The translations under genes were made by a program, and so were the position numbers. A model generated the notes under the pieces. That model was given only the letters and a program-made list of their open reading frames with translations. It was not told where the DNA came from and made no database searches. A DNA stretch of 64,000 bases from Chromera velia (taxonomy: Eukaryota), in assembly GCA_018398765.1 (NCBI GenBank), contig JAHBMJ010000288.1:1-64000 (forward strand), in the 5' to 3' direction. Below, piece after piece: positions 29,941 through 42,800 of this stretch; the stretch's first letter is position 1, and every line of letters begins with the position of its first letter.

Positions 29941-32924
29941 CGAAAGAGGAATAGGAAGAGAGGTTGGGAAGGAAGGAAGGAAGGAAGGAAGGGAGGAAGG
30001 AACGAAGGAAGGGAGGAAGGAAGGAAGGAAGGAAGGAAAGAAAGAAAGAAAGAAAGAAAGAAAGACACAAAGAGAGAGATGACTCACTGCCTTCACACTG
30101 AACCCATGTCTGTTCAGAGTTCCGTCGTCGCTCAGCAGAGAAACTTCCCCGACTGTGTAACCTCTGCGTGCACACAGGTATTAGTCAGATCAGTCAGAGC
30201 ACATCAGAAAAAACCCACATCACTGCAGTGTCTCCATGAACAGGAATTCTTGTCTCTTCAAAGGTCTCAACGGCTAATGGTTCTTAGTTCCTTCTCCCTT
30301 CACAGGAGGTTTCCCTGCCTGTCAATGAACAAGATGCCAAAGACCTCAATACACTCACTCACTCACTAACCGACCAACCTGCTGTAGACTCCTGATCTCA
30401 TGTTCTGTTTGGTGACATCATCTCCCCACTCATCCACAGCGTTACTGTTCCCCCCTCCTCCGCCTCCACCGGGCCCCTTTTTGTTCGCTTTTGCAGTCCC
30501 AGCAGGACCCCCCCCTGCCCCCCGGCTCTTCACACTCTCTGCTGCCATCGACGACCTCCGACTGCTCGCCTGCACACACCCTCCCACAACCCCCCCTACC
30601 TCTCCCTCCAAATCCGACGGCGCCGCCCCAGCGAACCCCGAGATCATAGAGCCAGGCCGAGATGAAGCTAGAGACCGGGCCAGAGGGACGCCTGAGGGGG
30701 GAGGGGGGAAGACGCACATGGAGCCTGTGAGGGATCTGCTGAATGATTTGGACTGCTGATTGTTGCCTCCTGCCAGAGGAAGGGGCGGAACGGCAGACGC
30801 CGCGGGGGCGTCCTCACCGGGTGCGATGACGGAGACGCGGCGTTTTGCGGTCTTGGGGGGTTCTTTCCGTTGCACATTCGCGTACATCTCCGCCTGTGTG
30901 ATGGCCATTGCAACTTCGACAGGATTCTCGTCACCCTCACCTCTTGCCTCTTGGCTCTTGGCTGACACAGACAGCGCCACGACAGCAGAAAGAAAACCGA
31001 GATAAATTCTTGCCGTCTGTTTGACAGAGCTAGGCACTGTCTGTACCGCCCTTCCGTAGGCGCTCTGCAGGTCCACAGAGGCGGCCGGCCAGAGGAACGA
31101 CAGACCCTCCTGTCGTGTCTGTGGAGACACCTTAATCTCATACAGAGGTGCGGTCCTAGTCGTCTCCCCCCCCCCCTCCGATCCAGAGTGTTCTTCGGAA
31201 TTCGAGAGAGACCGAGGAGGAGACAGAGTCCTCAGAGTGCCCACCTCACTGTCACTCCCGCGCTCACTCTCTGAAGGGGACCGGGGGGCACCTGCCATTC
31301 CGGGGGCCACACCTGCGTATCGAATCCGTCTCGTCTCTACTCGGGATCGGAGACGGCCCATGAGAGCGGTTTCAAAAACGGTGAGACGTTTACCTCCGAT
31401 GGAGTGTGCGTTTCTTGTCGGTTTCTGAAGTCCTAGAGACAAACCCATCTGACCCAGGGCAGCTACAGAGTCACGACGAAAACCTGCATGGGTGTCTTCC
31501 TGCTCGGGAGGAAGAACGGAGGAGCGACGACGCAAAAGTTTACCTGCTGTGGCAGCGTCAGCAGGTGCCATCGATTGGCGTCTCCCAAATCCTCCGGTTG
31601 CTGTCGCTCCTTCTCTTTCTTTTGTTTCCCCCCCACCTTCCTTGTCACCCCCTGCTGTAGGGCTCTGAATCGCAAGGGGGTCCATAGGGTTGCCTCCTGT
31701 GTCGAACTTCATGGACATTCTTCTGTTAAGGGCATTCGCAGCCGGATTATCTGGAGGAGGGGGGGGGAGCTTCTCACCCCATAATTTTAAAAGTCCCAAT
31801 TTCCTCTTTTCTTCCTTTTGCACATTCTGCTCCTCTCTAAAAAGTGTTAATAAATTTAAATTGCGAAACGCCTGCGCCTTCTTGGCCAAATCATCCAACC
31901 CTGCAGAGGCAGCCATGATGATTTTCTTCTGTGCGACCTCATTGCCCAGCACACTGGACCGACGCCGCCGTTGCTGGCTGAGGGCAAAGTGCGAATTTGA
32001 GTGCACCGACGACGCTCTCCGACTGCCCCTAATGGAAGTCGAAGCTCTCCTGCTGGCAGGCAACTCCATCAACAAACCAGCGGAGGGGTCCTCACGATCA
32101 CTCGCATGCCGAGACCCAACGGAGTACGCAGACAGCACCTCGTTCCGCAAGTGACTCTGCTGGTTGTAGTCCTGCAATGAATTCCACGTGCACTCCAATC
32201 TCTAAGCAACTTGCCCGCACATGATTCCATGTAAGAACTCCCGGCTACAGAATGGTCGCTGACTCGGTCTGACTTGCACAACTCACGGGCAACTGACTGG
32301 TCGACGGACTGACTGACTGACTGACTGACTGAATGAATGAATGAATGAATGAATGACTGAATGAATGAATGAATGAATGGACGAATGGATGACAGGTTGA
32401 GTGACGGATTGTCATTCTCAGTAGTTTTCTGACTGACTGACCAACTAAGTGACTGACTGATACATGTTGACTGATTCAGTGACTGACCGACTGACTCATG
32501 CATGCGTTTCCCTTCTTTCTGCTCACTGACCTCCTTGTAGACACCCACGGTTCCCCTCAGGACGATATGCGTGCTCTTTGCCTCATGGTTCTCCACGGCA
32601 ATGAACTCCGCAGGCTGGAAGTCCGCCAGGACCATCGCTTGGGCCACAAGACGCTTATCGGCATCTGAGAGTTCACCCAGAAAGGCGTTGGCAGAGAAGA
32701 TCTCCGTGATCTTCGTCAACTGTCCTTCCGTCCTCATGCCTGCATGCATGAAGGAAGGAAGCACATGCATGTACACGGTGGAACCTCTCATTTATAAGAA
32801 CCTCTGACCTGCCCATCACTCCGTACATTGGTTGCCTACCTGCACGCGTGCTGGTGAGTAGAGTGATGGCAGCCTCGAAGTTCTGGTCCCTTTTCGCCAG
32901 ACTCGCCCGTCTCTGTTGCGTCAT
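21264..32924 (-). CDS. Very large multi-exon protein with cyclic-nucleotide-binding (CNB) domains and an EF-hand pair
   Basis: CNB start RTEGQLTKITEIFSANAFLGELSDADKRLVAQAM...HIVLRGTVGVYKE (~32510-32740). PBC-like GYTVGEVSLLSDDGTLNRH (~30104-30163). Second CNB KAQFIRQHFPKF...SFMIVSKGAVEL (~29380-29600). EF-loop DLHGDGRLELDE (~24433-24468). Several splice junctions checked in frame. The full exon model is approximate and could be two genes. Confidence 0.7.
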
Positions 32925-34138
32925 CCTTGTGTGCTACCCTAGGCTGTGCTAGATAAGTCAGGGCTGTACTTGACGGGACAGCTGGCGCTTGCTGGGACGT
33001 CGGCGGTGTGTGTTCACGAAAGGAGACGGTAGACGGCTCACTTGTAGGACATGCATGCAGCCGGGTGACAGTATGTGTAGCATATTTCAGTCTGGTTGGT
33101 CGAGAAAGGGAAACACACGACCAAACAGAATACGAGTAGACCTCTAGCAAGGCACGTATTGCAAACGTATGTAATGGATTGATTGATACGTATATATGTG
33201 TTCATGCTTATAATTGGAAAGTATATATATGCATAGCATTGTACAGAGGTGCATGTATACGTATACGTATTGTACGTGTATACGTACGTACGTCTCAATT
33301 ACTGATAATTAAAAATTCTGAAGGATTTTCCAATAGAGAGGTGCATGCATGGTGTGCATGGGAACTTAAATTGGGAAGGGCCCATGCAATTTAAATTCAA
33401 AAATTACGGAGACGGCAAACGTATTAATATAGGATTTGCGGGCCCGACCCCCCGCGGGGCCGGCGTGTCCGGGATGAAAATGCAAATGAACATCCGAGGC
33501 ACGCAAACACAAACTTAGCTCGGCATATCTTGACGCACGCATTTTAGACACTTCAGAGTTTGAAGTCCTTTCGTGAGTGAGTTCCTGCGATGGCAGCCAT
33601 ACAACCTTATTTCGATTTTGGAATGATCTCCTGAAAAAATGTGATGCTGACGAAATATTCAAGAGGCCCAACCCCATCGAGACACATTGCGGCTTTGCCC
33701 ACGTCTTATTGAAAGGCCCACATTCTGTCAGAAGTACCATCTCCCCTTTTTCGACCGGACAGACGCCACAGCCCCGAGCGTCCGGCCCACTTTCCAGCGT
33801 CCCAAAAGGCATGCAGTGAGCAAATTCTGCACTTTTCGCGACCAACACAAGAACAGGCACAAAACGCCTCATTTCAACAGCGTGGAAACCACCGATTCAC
33901 CCAGTTTCATAATCCTCTGGTGCCTACGTTGAGTCACAATCCGTTCGCTGTGCCTTCTAGACACGGACTGCGTAAAAACCTGGCAGATCCGTGCAGCAAG
34001 GAAAGAACACGGGAACGTTGTTCGAACTTTCTTTTCAGAAGGGACAGTTTGCTTTCCTTAGCGGATCTTTCTTTCCCTGTATACTTTTCCAGAATTTCGA
34101 CAGCGTGGGCGCGCAGAAAGGTTTCCTTTTTTGCAGCC

Positions 34139-37100
34139 ATGCCCTCTAAAACAGACACAGGCCCAGCAGCGGCCTTCATAGATGCCAAGATGATGAAAAT
34201 CATCGCGGAGACTGCTAAAGCCAAAACCATTAAAGCAGCGGCGCTTCAGTACAATGTGCCCAAAGAGAATGTTCGGGAGTATGTGAAGAAGCTTGATGCA
34301 GGGCACTTTGAGCACCGCAATCTGATGCAGCGCGTCCACCTCCTCTTTCAATGGGCCCTTGCGAGCACAGTCTTCCTGTACCGGTGCTGCCTAAAACTTC
34401 TGGTAAGAAAGCTATACAGGAGGCGGGAAAGGGGCAGATGTGGATTTGTTGACTGTCGTAGAAGAAGCCCGCGACCTTCAACTTTTGCGTACACCTCCCT
34501 TTTGTTTGCTTGCAGGAGCAAGTCCGGATCTGGAGAGCAGAGCGTGCGCGCAGAGCTCTCGAACTTCAAGAGCAGAGAGACGAAGAGGAGCGTCTGGCTC
34601 GAAGGCAGAGGAAGCAGCAGCACCACCGCTCTTCAACCTCTAGGCAAAGCACAAGTGCTTCAGGTGTGTTCCTCTTTCCACTTCTCTTCCCTTCTTGTTT
34701 CTTTTCTCATAGACTGTCCTGTCTTCTTCTGTATGACTCCCTGAGTGCACCGTCCAACGAAGTATCGGCTGTCAACGTTTGATATGTTCTTTCGTTGTGC
34801 ATGCGGGTGCCTGCGTGCAGAGAGCGGGAACAGCTCGCGACCCACTACTTTGAACAGCAGTGCGTCCACTGTAGCTTCTCGCAAAAGTGATTTTTCTTCA
34901 GCCCCCTCCAGTACTCCCCTTAGGCCGGTGGCTGAGTCCCCCACCGCCGCCCCCCAGTCTCGCCGCAGTCAGCAGAATCCTCCCTCCTCCTCCCCCGCCT
35001 CTCGTCAAGTGGAGGCAACTCCCCGCAAGGCGGAGAAGGAGAATAGAGTGGCAGCTAATAGAAAGCCTCAATCTCAGTTTCCCTCCTTGGAGAAAGAGGC
35101 AAAAGAGGAGAAGGAGAAGGAGTCCAATTCTGCTCTTCCGCTTGAATCCAGTGCGGTTTCTGTGAGCCGAGAAGAGAAGGAGAAAGAGGTACAAGGAGAG
35201 AAGGAGAAAGATAATTCCGCTTGTGACACAAAGGCTGAGGTTGAAGTGGAGGGGGGAGAGGGAGGGGCCGAGCAGAAGGAGCGATCTGCTTCTTCGGGTC
35301 TATCGTCAATCCCTCCTTTCACCTCCGCGCCCGGCTCCACTCTCTCCGAGGGTTGTGGTCGCTGCCTGCTCCCCTCATTTCCCCTATCCGATACTCTGTC
35401 CCTCTCGCCTTCCGCACCTGCTGACGCACGCTCGCCCGGTGGGGCAAGTGCTGTAGATGCGCCTGACTTCGTATCTGAGCCTGCCGGTCCCTCTTTCCCC
35501 TCTGCCGCCATCCCCTCTTCCTCCTCCTCCTCCGCTTTTGTTGCACAGCCATCCAAGAGCCTCCGTATCCTCACGGAGAGTAACGAGGAAGAGAGGGAGG
35601 CAGAAAGGAAGCAAGAGCAGGAGGAGGAACAGGCAGAAGCGCCTAAAGAGACGGAAGGAAGGAGAGGGAAGGGAAAGTCGAGGGTGCGCAATGAGGCAGA
35701 CGCAGCCGGTGGTGCTTCAGACAAGGCTACTCGGACATCCGTAGAGACCCTCACAGTCGCTTCAGGATCTGTAGCGTCTCCTGTTGTCAGAGGGGGGGGG
35801 ACGCTTGAGACTGCTTTGACCATGGCCTCGTCCTGTCTGACTGCTGCGACAGGTGCGCACGAGGAAGGTGAAGCTAGCGCCTCGAAGTCGGTGCTTGAGG
35901 CTGACGGACAGGAAGATGAGGAAGTAAGGGGGGAGGCAACAGAAGGCAAGAAGTGCCTTTTGACCCAGAGGCAGAAGCAGATCCGTGCACTGAAGGGGAA
36001 GTTGAAGGACATTCAGAAGCTGCTAGACAAGAAGGCAGCAGGCGAGACGTTGATTGCCAATCAGTTGGTGAAGATTTCCAGAAAGAGCCAGTTGGAAACG
36101 AAGATAGCGGAATTGGAGAGGGAGGAGAGACTTCAACAGGATCCTGCTCCCCTCACCGTTGAGGGCGAGGAGGAACCAGCAGTCGATCCCTCCTCTTCTT
36201 CAAGTGCTTCCGCTTCTTCCTCCACACAACCGCCTGCTGCAGTGCAGTCATCCTCCGCCCGACCCCCATCCCCTCACGGGTCCCACCCTCCCCTTTCCAC
36301 CCCCTCCCATGCGCACCAAAAGAGAGCGCTGTCCATTGTTGTCACCCCTAATGCCAGCAATACCCCCCCACAGCTCTCGGGCAGTGGGAGCCGCGGAGGG
36401 AGACCCCCCCTAAAACCATTCACCCCCACAGGCAATAACCACTCGATGGCATCTCAGCAGCAACAGCAGAAGCAGGCCGCCACTCCCTCAACAGCCGACG
36501 GGGGGCAAAAGTCGGAGGCCGTGACTGCGGCCGAGAAGGTCTGGCCGACTCTTGCGACCGCAATGTCCTCTGTCAAGTCCCCTAAGCCCCGGACAGACAA
36601 GCCTCTGATGGCAACTCCCACCCGCGGTTCCACCGTTCAGAAGATCACCTTCTCCTCGGGAGGGTGTGTCCCTCGAGGGATATCGGCAAGCAGCCTGTCG
36701 GGGGGGCAGCACAACAACAACAACTCTTCTGCCAATTCGTTTCCCTCCAGTGAGAAGGAGACGGGGGTAGGTGGAAACGGAGCTGTTGAAAGGAATGGAC
36801 CTGCAGTTGAAAAGAATGGGCGAGGAGGTGAAGGCACAAAAAGGACGGAACAGGAACACACCAGAGGGTCAGTCAGTCAGTCAGTGAGTTAGTCAGTTCA
36901 CATATCTCGCTGCGCCCTGTCTCTTCCTTCTGTTTGTTTTTGGTGTTCCGTACCTCAGTTCGCAGCCCTCCTCTCCTGCACTTTTATTTTGTGTCTTCGT
37001 GGCTGGGACCAATGAAAGCTTTTTCTGGGAAAGAGTGTCAGCACATGTGTCTACTCTCTTTCGCTGCCTGCCTTGTCAATCTGCAGGGGAGGTGTAAAGG

Positions 37101-37163
37101 AGAGCCCGGACAAGAAGGCGGCGCAGATGACATGCGTTGTAGCAGGTGAGTGAGCAAACCCTT

Positions 37164-37206
<43 letters not shown>

Positions 37207-39893
37207 TCGTGTGTGCGTGCGTGCGTGCGTGCGTGCGTTTGTACGTGTGTGTGTAAGTGAGTGTGTCTTCACATTTACTAGGGCTGCTGTGCCACTTCCC
37301 TTGCCGAAGCATTAATGCAGGCCGAGCTGGCTTTCGGCTTTCTGCAAACGACTTCCAGTGATGTCTCCACGCATTTCTCGCATTTCGCACAATTTCTAGT
37401 GACGTCAAAGAGCTCTCTGTCTCTCTTTCTTCCTTGTTGTCTGCAGACACCTCTGCTCATCTGACCCAACAGCCGCAGCAGCAGCAGCAGCAGCCTGTGG
37501 CGACCATGCCGAGCCCCATGCAGCCCCCCGGGCCCCGGCCGGCCTTTCCGGGGTCCGTCCAACTCTTATCGAGGGGCGCGTCTGCCCCCTCCTACATCTC
37601 CCCTCCAACAGGAGCCCCTCCTCAGCAACAGCAGACCCAGCCCCCTCAGCCTCCCCTCATGCACAGACAGCCTGCCCCGCCCCTGCTGGGCACCAAACCC
37701 GAGCATCTGCTTGTGCGGGGACGAGAGCCTCGGCCTGCAACTGTCCTTCCTGTCCCTGCTGTCGACTCAAGCAGGAGCCAACAGAAGAATGCCATTGCCG
37801 CCCCCAACCAACAGCAGCCTCCAGTGCAGACTACTGCGGTGCCTGTTGAGTCCGCAGCAGTCGAGCATTCTACTCAACCTGCTCCTGCAGAGAAGAAGAA
37901 GGTGGAAGACAAGCCACCTCAGGCCGCCGACACCTCTGCCCCTCAGGTAAAGGCAGACAAAGAGGCGTCGATGCCCTCTCAGCCTTCCACCATTCCCCCC
38001 AGGGGGATCATTCACTTCCAGCCGCCCACCTCCGGCTCTTCTGCCGAGACTCAGGGCCACTACACACAGAACGCTCGATACTCTCACATGAACTCCCGAC
38101 CCCTGGGCCATCATCATGGTCACTTCCACTCCGGAGGATACCATGCGGGGGGCCGTTGGGGGGGACGGGGTGGTCACTACCCGATTTCCGTGACGCACGG
38201 GGGAAGTTACGGGCACCACTCTCGTTCTCTTTACGGAAGAGGCGGAGGGTTCGATCACCACCACGACCACACCCACGACAGCAGCTTCAGGTCAGGAAGG
38301 GGCGGAAGAGGACGAGGGGGATACGGAGGAGGCAGCAGGTTCCGTCCGGTACCTGACTCTGTGCGGGCACGAGAGGATGACAAGGAAAAGGAGACAGAAG
38401 CAAACACACCGGCTGCTGTCGATTCTCAGACTGCGACCAAGGAGCCTCCAGACTCCCGCAGTGTTTCTGCTGCGCCTGCCCAGAGTGCGTCTGTTGCTTC
38501 CACACCCCTGGTGGCAGACACGCCCTCCGAGGCTGCTACCACCAAGCAGAATCAGCCGATTCAGACAAAGTCAAAGTGGCAGAAGAGAGAGACGCAGTCG
38601 CAGCGACAGCATCAGAAGCAGCAGCAGCAACAGGCCCAGCAAGCCCAGCAGAACGCTTCCTCTGCTGATCCCAACCAACAGTCCCAGCAGCAGCAGCGGT
38701 CCCCTGCTGTCCTGGACCCTCCCGCAGTCTCCCAGCAGCAGTCCCATCAGCAGCTGCCGACGATGCCCCTTCCCTTCAACCTGGCAGCTCTGTCTTCGAT
38801 TCCCGCCCCTCTCCCAGGCCTCCAACCGTCCGTGAGTGCGCCTGCAGTCGGGGGGGGCACAGCTGCGTCCCCTTCCAATGGAGGGAACGTTAACGCTCCC
38901 CTTCTGACTCCCAATCCGCAATTGCTCCAACTTCTCAGACAGCAATCCGAGTTCCTCAGCAGACAACAGTCCGCCCCTCAGCAGCAGCAGGCGACTGCAT
39001 CCACAGCAGCGGGACCCAACTTCCCTCCTCCCCCTATGCCGGGACAACAGCAGCAACCTCAGCCTCAGTCGGGTGCCAACACCGGGGTTCTCCCTTTGAA
39101 CCTGAACCTCAACTCGCTGCTGTTGCTGCAGAGCTACGGCCTCATTGGCAATGGAGGACAGTCCCAGGGGGCCTTCCAGCAGGGCCCCGGCATGCCCCCT
39201 TTTCCGGGGTCCATGTCCACCTACGGAGCCGGGCTTTTCGGAGCAGGCAGCGACCCGTTCGTCATCGGGATGCCCAGCAGCAACGCAGCGTCCTCCCCCC
39301 TGCAGACGGTGCCTGTCAAGGCAGCAGCAGGAGAGGGCACAGCCGCCGACAAAGGAGAAAGTACGGACGAAGAGAAAGTCAAAGCACCCGCAGCAAAGGG
39401 GGGGGAAGCTGCCGTGACGGTCCCTGAGGGCGATGCGGCAGGGGGCGAGGCTCCTGCAGGTACCCCCCCGCCCCCCATGGGTATTGACGGCAAGCTCGGG
39501 GAAGGGCAGGCCCCTGTCCCCTTCAACGCCGCCGCCATGCCCCCCAACCTGCCGCAGCTCTTTTCCCTTCCTGGCACTGCACCCCCTCCCCCCCACCCTC
39601 CTAGCAGCTTTGTGGTGCCCGGCAAGACGACCCCTCTGGGCCTGGTGACGCACTTTGTGTACGACCCCGATCAGTTCGCGTGGGTCCAGGTGATCGGAGG
39701 ACCTGCGGCGCCGCAACAGCAGCAGCAGCAGACTCAGCCCCCCCCCCCTCCTGGCCCTGCCCCCCTGGCTGCTCCTCTTCATTCTGCCTCACCTGCCGCT
39801 GGTGCTGGTGACGTGCAGGTCTCGGAGGAGGTGGGGGAGGGGAACGGGTCCGCTGCGGAAGCCGTGAAGGAGGTGACTGAGGTGGGCGCATGA
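34139..39893 (+). CDS. Multi-exon low-complexity protein: Psq-like HTH N-terminus, PYM/eIF2A-C-terminal-like coiled coil, RGG box, Q/P-rich C-terminus
   Basis: Exon 1 34139-34402 (IKAAALQYNVPKENVREYVK). Exon 2 from 34516. Long open frames 34821-36870 and 37445-39893. Motifs KQIRALKGKLKDIQKLLDKKAAGETLIANQLVKISRKSQLETKIAEL and GRGGRGRGGYGGG. Confidence 0.75.
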
Positions 39894-42800
39894 GAAACGA
39901 AATGGAGCGGGTGGTTATAGGAGAAAGGAAGGCAGAGAGGCCGAGACAAAATGGATGGGTGCGTGTCAACTTTCTTCTTCTGTCATACATTCATTCATTC
40001 AATGATCGGTGTGTCTCTGCTGCTTCCTAGCTCTGTCGGGTGTCGCCATACTTCCTTCCTTGAAGGGGGGCGTGCACCTCTCCTGCTCGCAGCACAGAGG
40101 GAGAAAGGCTGGCTGGCTGGCAGAAATTTGTCCTTCCTTTTTGTGCTTCTTGCCCTTGTCTGTCCTTCGTCTCTTTTTATCTCTTGCTTGCTTGCTTTTG
40201 TGCTCTGATGGGATCCTGATGCTTGCTGGAAGAGAAGGAAGGAAGACGGGGACAGTAGAACTGGACAACAAAAGCGTTGAGATGAGACACTTTCACGTGC
40301 ATGGACAGTGAAAGCAGGGAAAAGATGAATGGCGCAAAGAGAGACAGTGAGGCAGCGATCCTGCCTCCAATTTTTTGTCTCGGCAGCCGAATAGAGAGAG
40401 ACGAGTGACTAGCCAGCTCACTGAAAGATTGATCTTTCTCCCCCCTGTTCTTTCTCTCTCTTTCCCTTCCGCATCACCCTTTCGTTCCGTTTCGCTTTTT
40501 GTGTGTTGCCTTCCTGTTTGCATTTATTGATTTTTCGCTTCGCTGTGTCGAAGTCGCACCCACCCACCGAGCAGTTCGCAGTTGAAAATCAGTCGATCGG
40601 TCTGCCCATCCATCCATCCATCCACCCATCTGTCTGCCCATCCATCCATCCACCCACCCATCTTTTCACATGACATTACTTCATGTGTTTTTGCTGCAAG
40701 AAGCGGGAGGAGTAGAAGAACAAGAGAAGAGAAAGAGACGAAGAAACAAATCGTCCATGAGAAGCGAGGAGGGAGGCCTTCGAAAGAAGCATTCATCCCT
40801 TCTTCATTTCTTTTGTGCGTCTGCGAAGAGTGTGAACACGGCCTCGGGGGGGGAGGAGGGAGAGGAGGAAGGAATGACGGGAGGTGAGGGCATGTGGAGA
40901 AGGAAAGGTAAATCAAAAAGGAAGGAAAAGGTGTTGCAGCAAAGGGCGTGCGTCATTGGGAGAGAGGGATTCTTCGTTTGAGGCCGAAAGAGGGGGAGGG
41001 AAGGAAGGGGTTCCTTTGAAGCTGTCTCTGTCCCCCTATCGCCCCCCCAGGCGCGTGTTTGCCAGTCGATCTCTGTTTGTCAGTCTGTTTCCCCCCTTCT
41101 TTCTTCTCTTCTCATCTATCCGTTTCTCGTTGCTTCACTAGAGGCGGGGTGGGGTTGTTGGGTGGTTGGGACGAGGCATGCAGGGGAGCCTTCTTCCGCC
41201 TGCGCGTGTGTGTGCTGTTCGGCACCTCGCGAGAAGATTGAAAGAAAGGTGGAGACGAGACGAGAGGGGGTGGGTGTCTTTGGGCATCTGTTTCCTTTGG
41301 TTGAGTAAAGTAGAAGGGGGGGAAGAGGGGGACAAGAAGTGACGAGTATTTGATTCAAGGGACATTGGCAAAAGGCTGTTTGATTGACGAATCAGAGCAT
41401 ACAAAAGTTGATGACAATGGGCGTTTCATCTGAAGTTTTTCTCTGCCCTTCCTCTTCTTGCTCCTCTCTCTCTCTCTTTCTCTCTCTCTCTGTTTTCCTC
41501 TTTCCTTGTGGTCGGGATTTGAAAAGAAAAAAATAGGGAGCGGCCTTCTGTCCGTTCTTGTTTCCTTCCCCGCAATAAAGGAAAGGAAATGTCGGTTCGA
41601 TCTTCTGTCTCCTCACCCACTCACTCTCCGTGCTTCTTCATTACTCCTTCCTTCCTTCCTTGCTTGTCCTTTTCTCTTTTCAACAATAATCAGTTTATCC
41701 TTTTGTCATCTTCTCATGGAAGGGAAAGACTTTTGAATCGCTTTTTCCCCCCCCCTTCAATCCACCCTGTCGCCCCCCCCCTTGAAGAATTCCTTCCGAT
41801 TGATCTGATCGGTTGGTCGATCAATCGATTGATTGATTGAGGTGATGAATGAATGGGCTTTCCTGCAAGGTCAGAGAGCCCCCTTCCTCCCATGCGGCAT
41901 TCATTCTTTGAGGAAGGAAGAAAGGAGAAGTCTGTCTGTCTGTCGGTTTCCTTCTCGAATAAATTCTTCCTTTCTTCCTTCCACCTCTGCTGTTCCTTCC
42001 ACGTTCAGTATCCATCCCATTCTTTCAATCCCACCGACCGACCGAGCGCCTCCTTACGGATCCTCTGGACTTTAGAGTCACCACCCTCTTTCCTCTCTCT
42101 GACCTTCCTTTTTCTTCTCGTTTTCTATCTGTTGGATGGATGGATGGATTGATGGTGCTTGTTTGTTGGGTTCCCCGCTGCGTGCCTTCCTTTTTGTCCG
42201 CGTGGCGTCCCTCTGTTCTTTCCTTCTCCTTCCCCTGTTTGTCTTCCTTTCCTTCTCTCTCTATGTGCAATTTCGTGGAGACAGAAAGGAAGTGATGGGT
42301 GCCTTCTGCTGCTGCGAGAGAAGGGAAGGGAAGGGGAAAAAAGAAACTTTCACTGGAGAGAAGAGAGAGGAAGGGGGTTACGCTGAGCAACGCTCGCTCT
42401 TCTGACGGACTGATCTGTCTGATGAGATAGATCCCTTCGAAGTTGAAAGGAGAAAGTTGAGTAGACTGTTGGCCGGCCTGAGGAAGTTAGGGAGTTCGGA
42501 TGGATGATCATATTCCTTCTTTGATCAGCCCCATCCGTCCGGTGGGACGCAGACACACAAAAGAAACGAACGAGAAGGCGTGATCGACGCCTGACCGGCT
42601 CGCTCTTTCTCTCTTCACGCACACGTCTCCCTCCCCTTCTCCCCACCAGCCCCCACGAGTCCGTGGTGGGCCCGCAGTGGTGGAGGGGACCGATGGACGG
42701 GCCCTCTCTTTTCTTCCTTTCCTTCATGCACTCATTCCCTCATCCATCCATCCATGCAGCAAATTGCTCTGATCTACCCGTGCACCCATGGAAGAACGGA

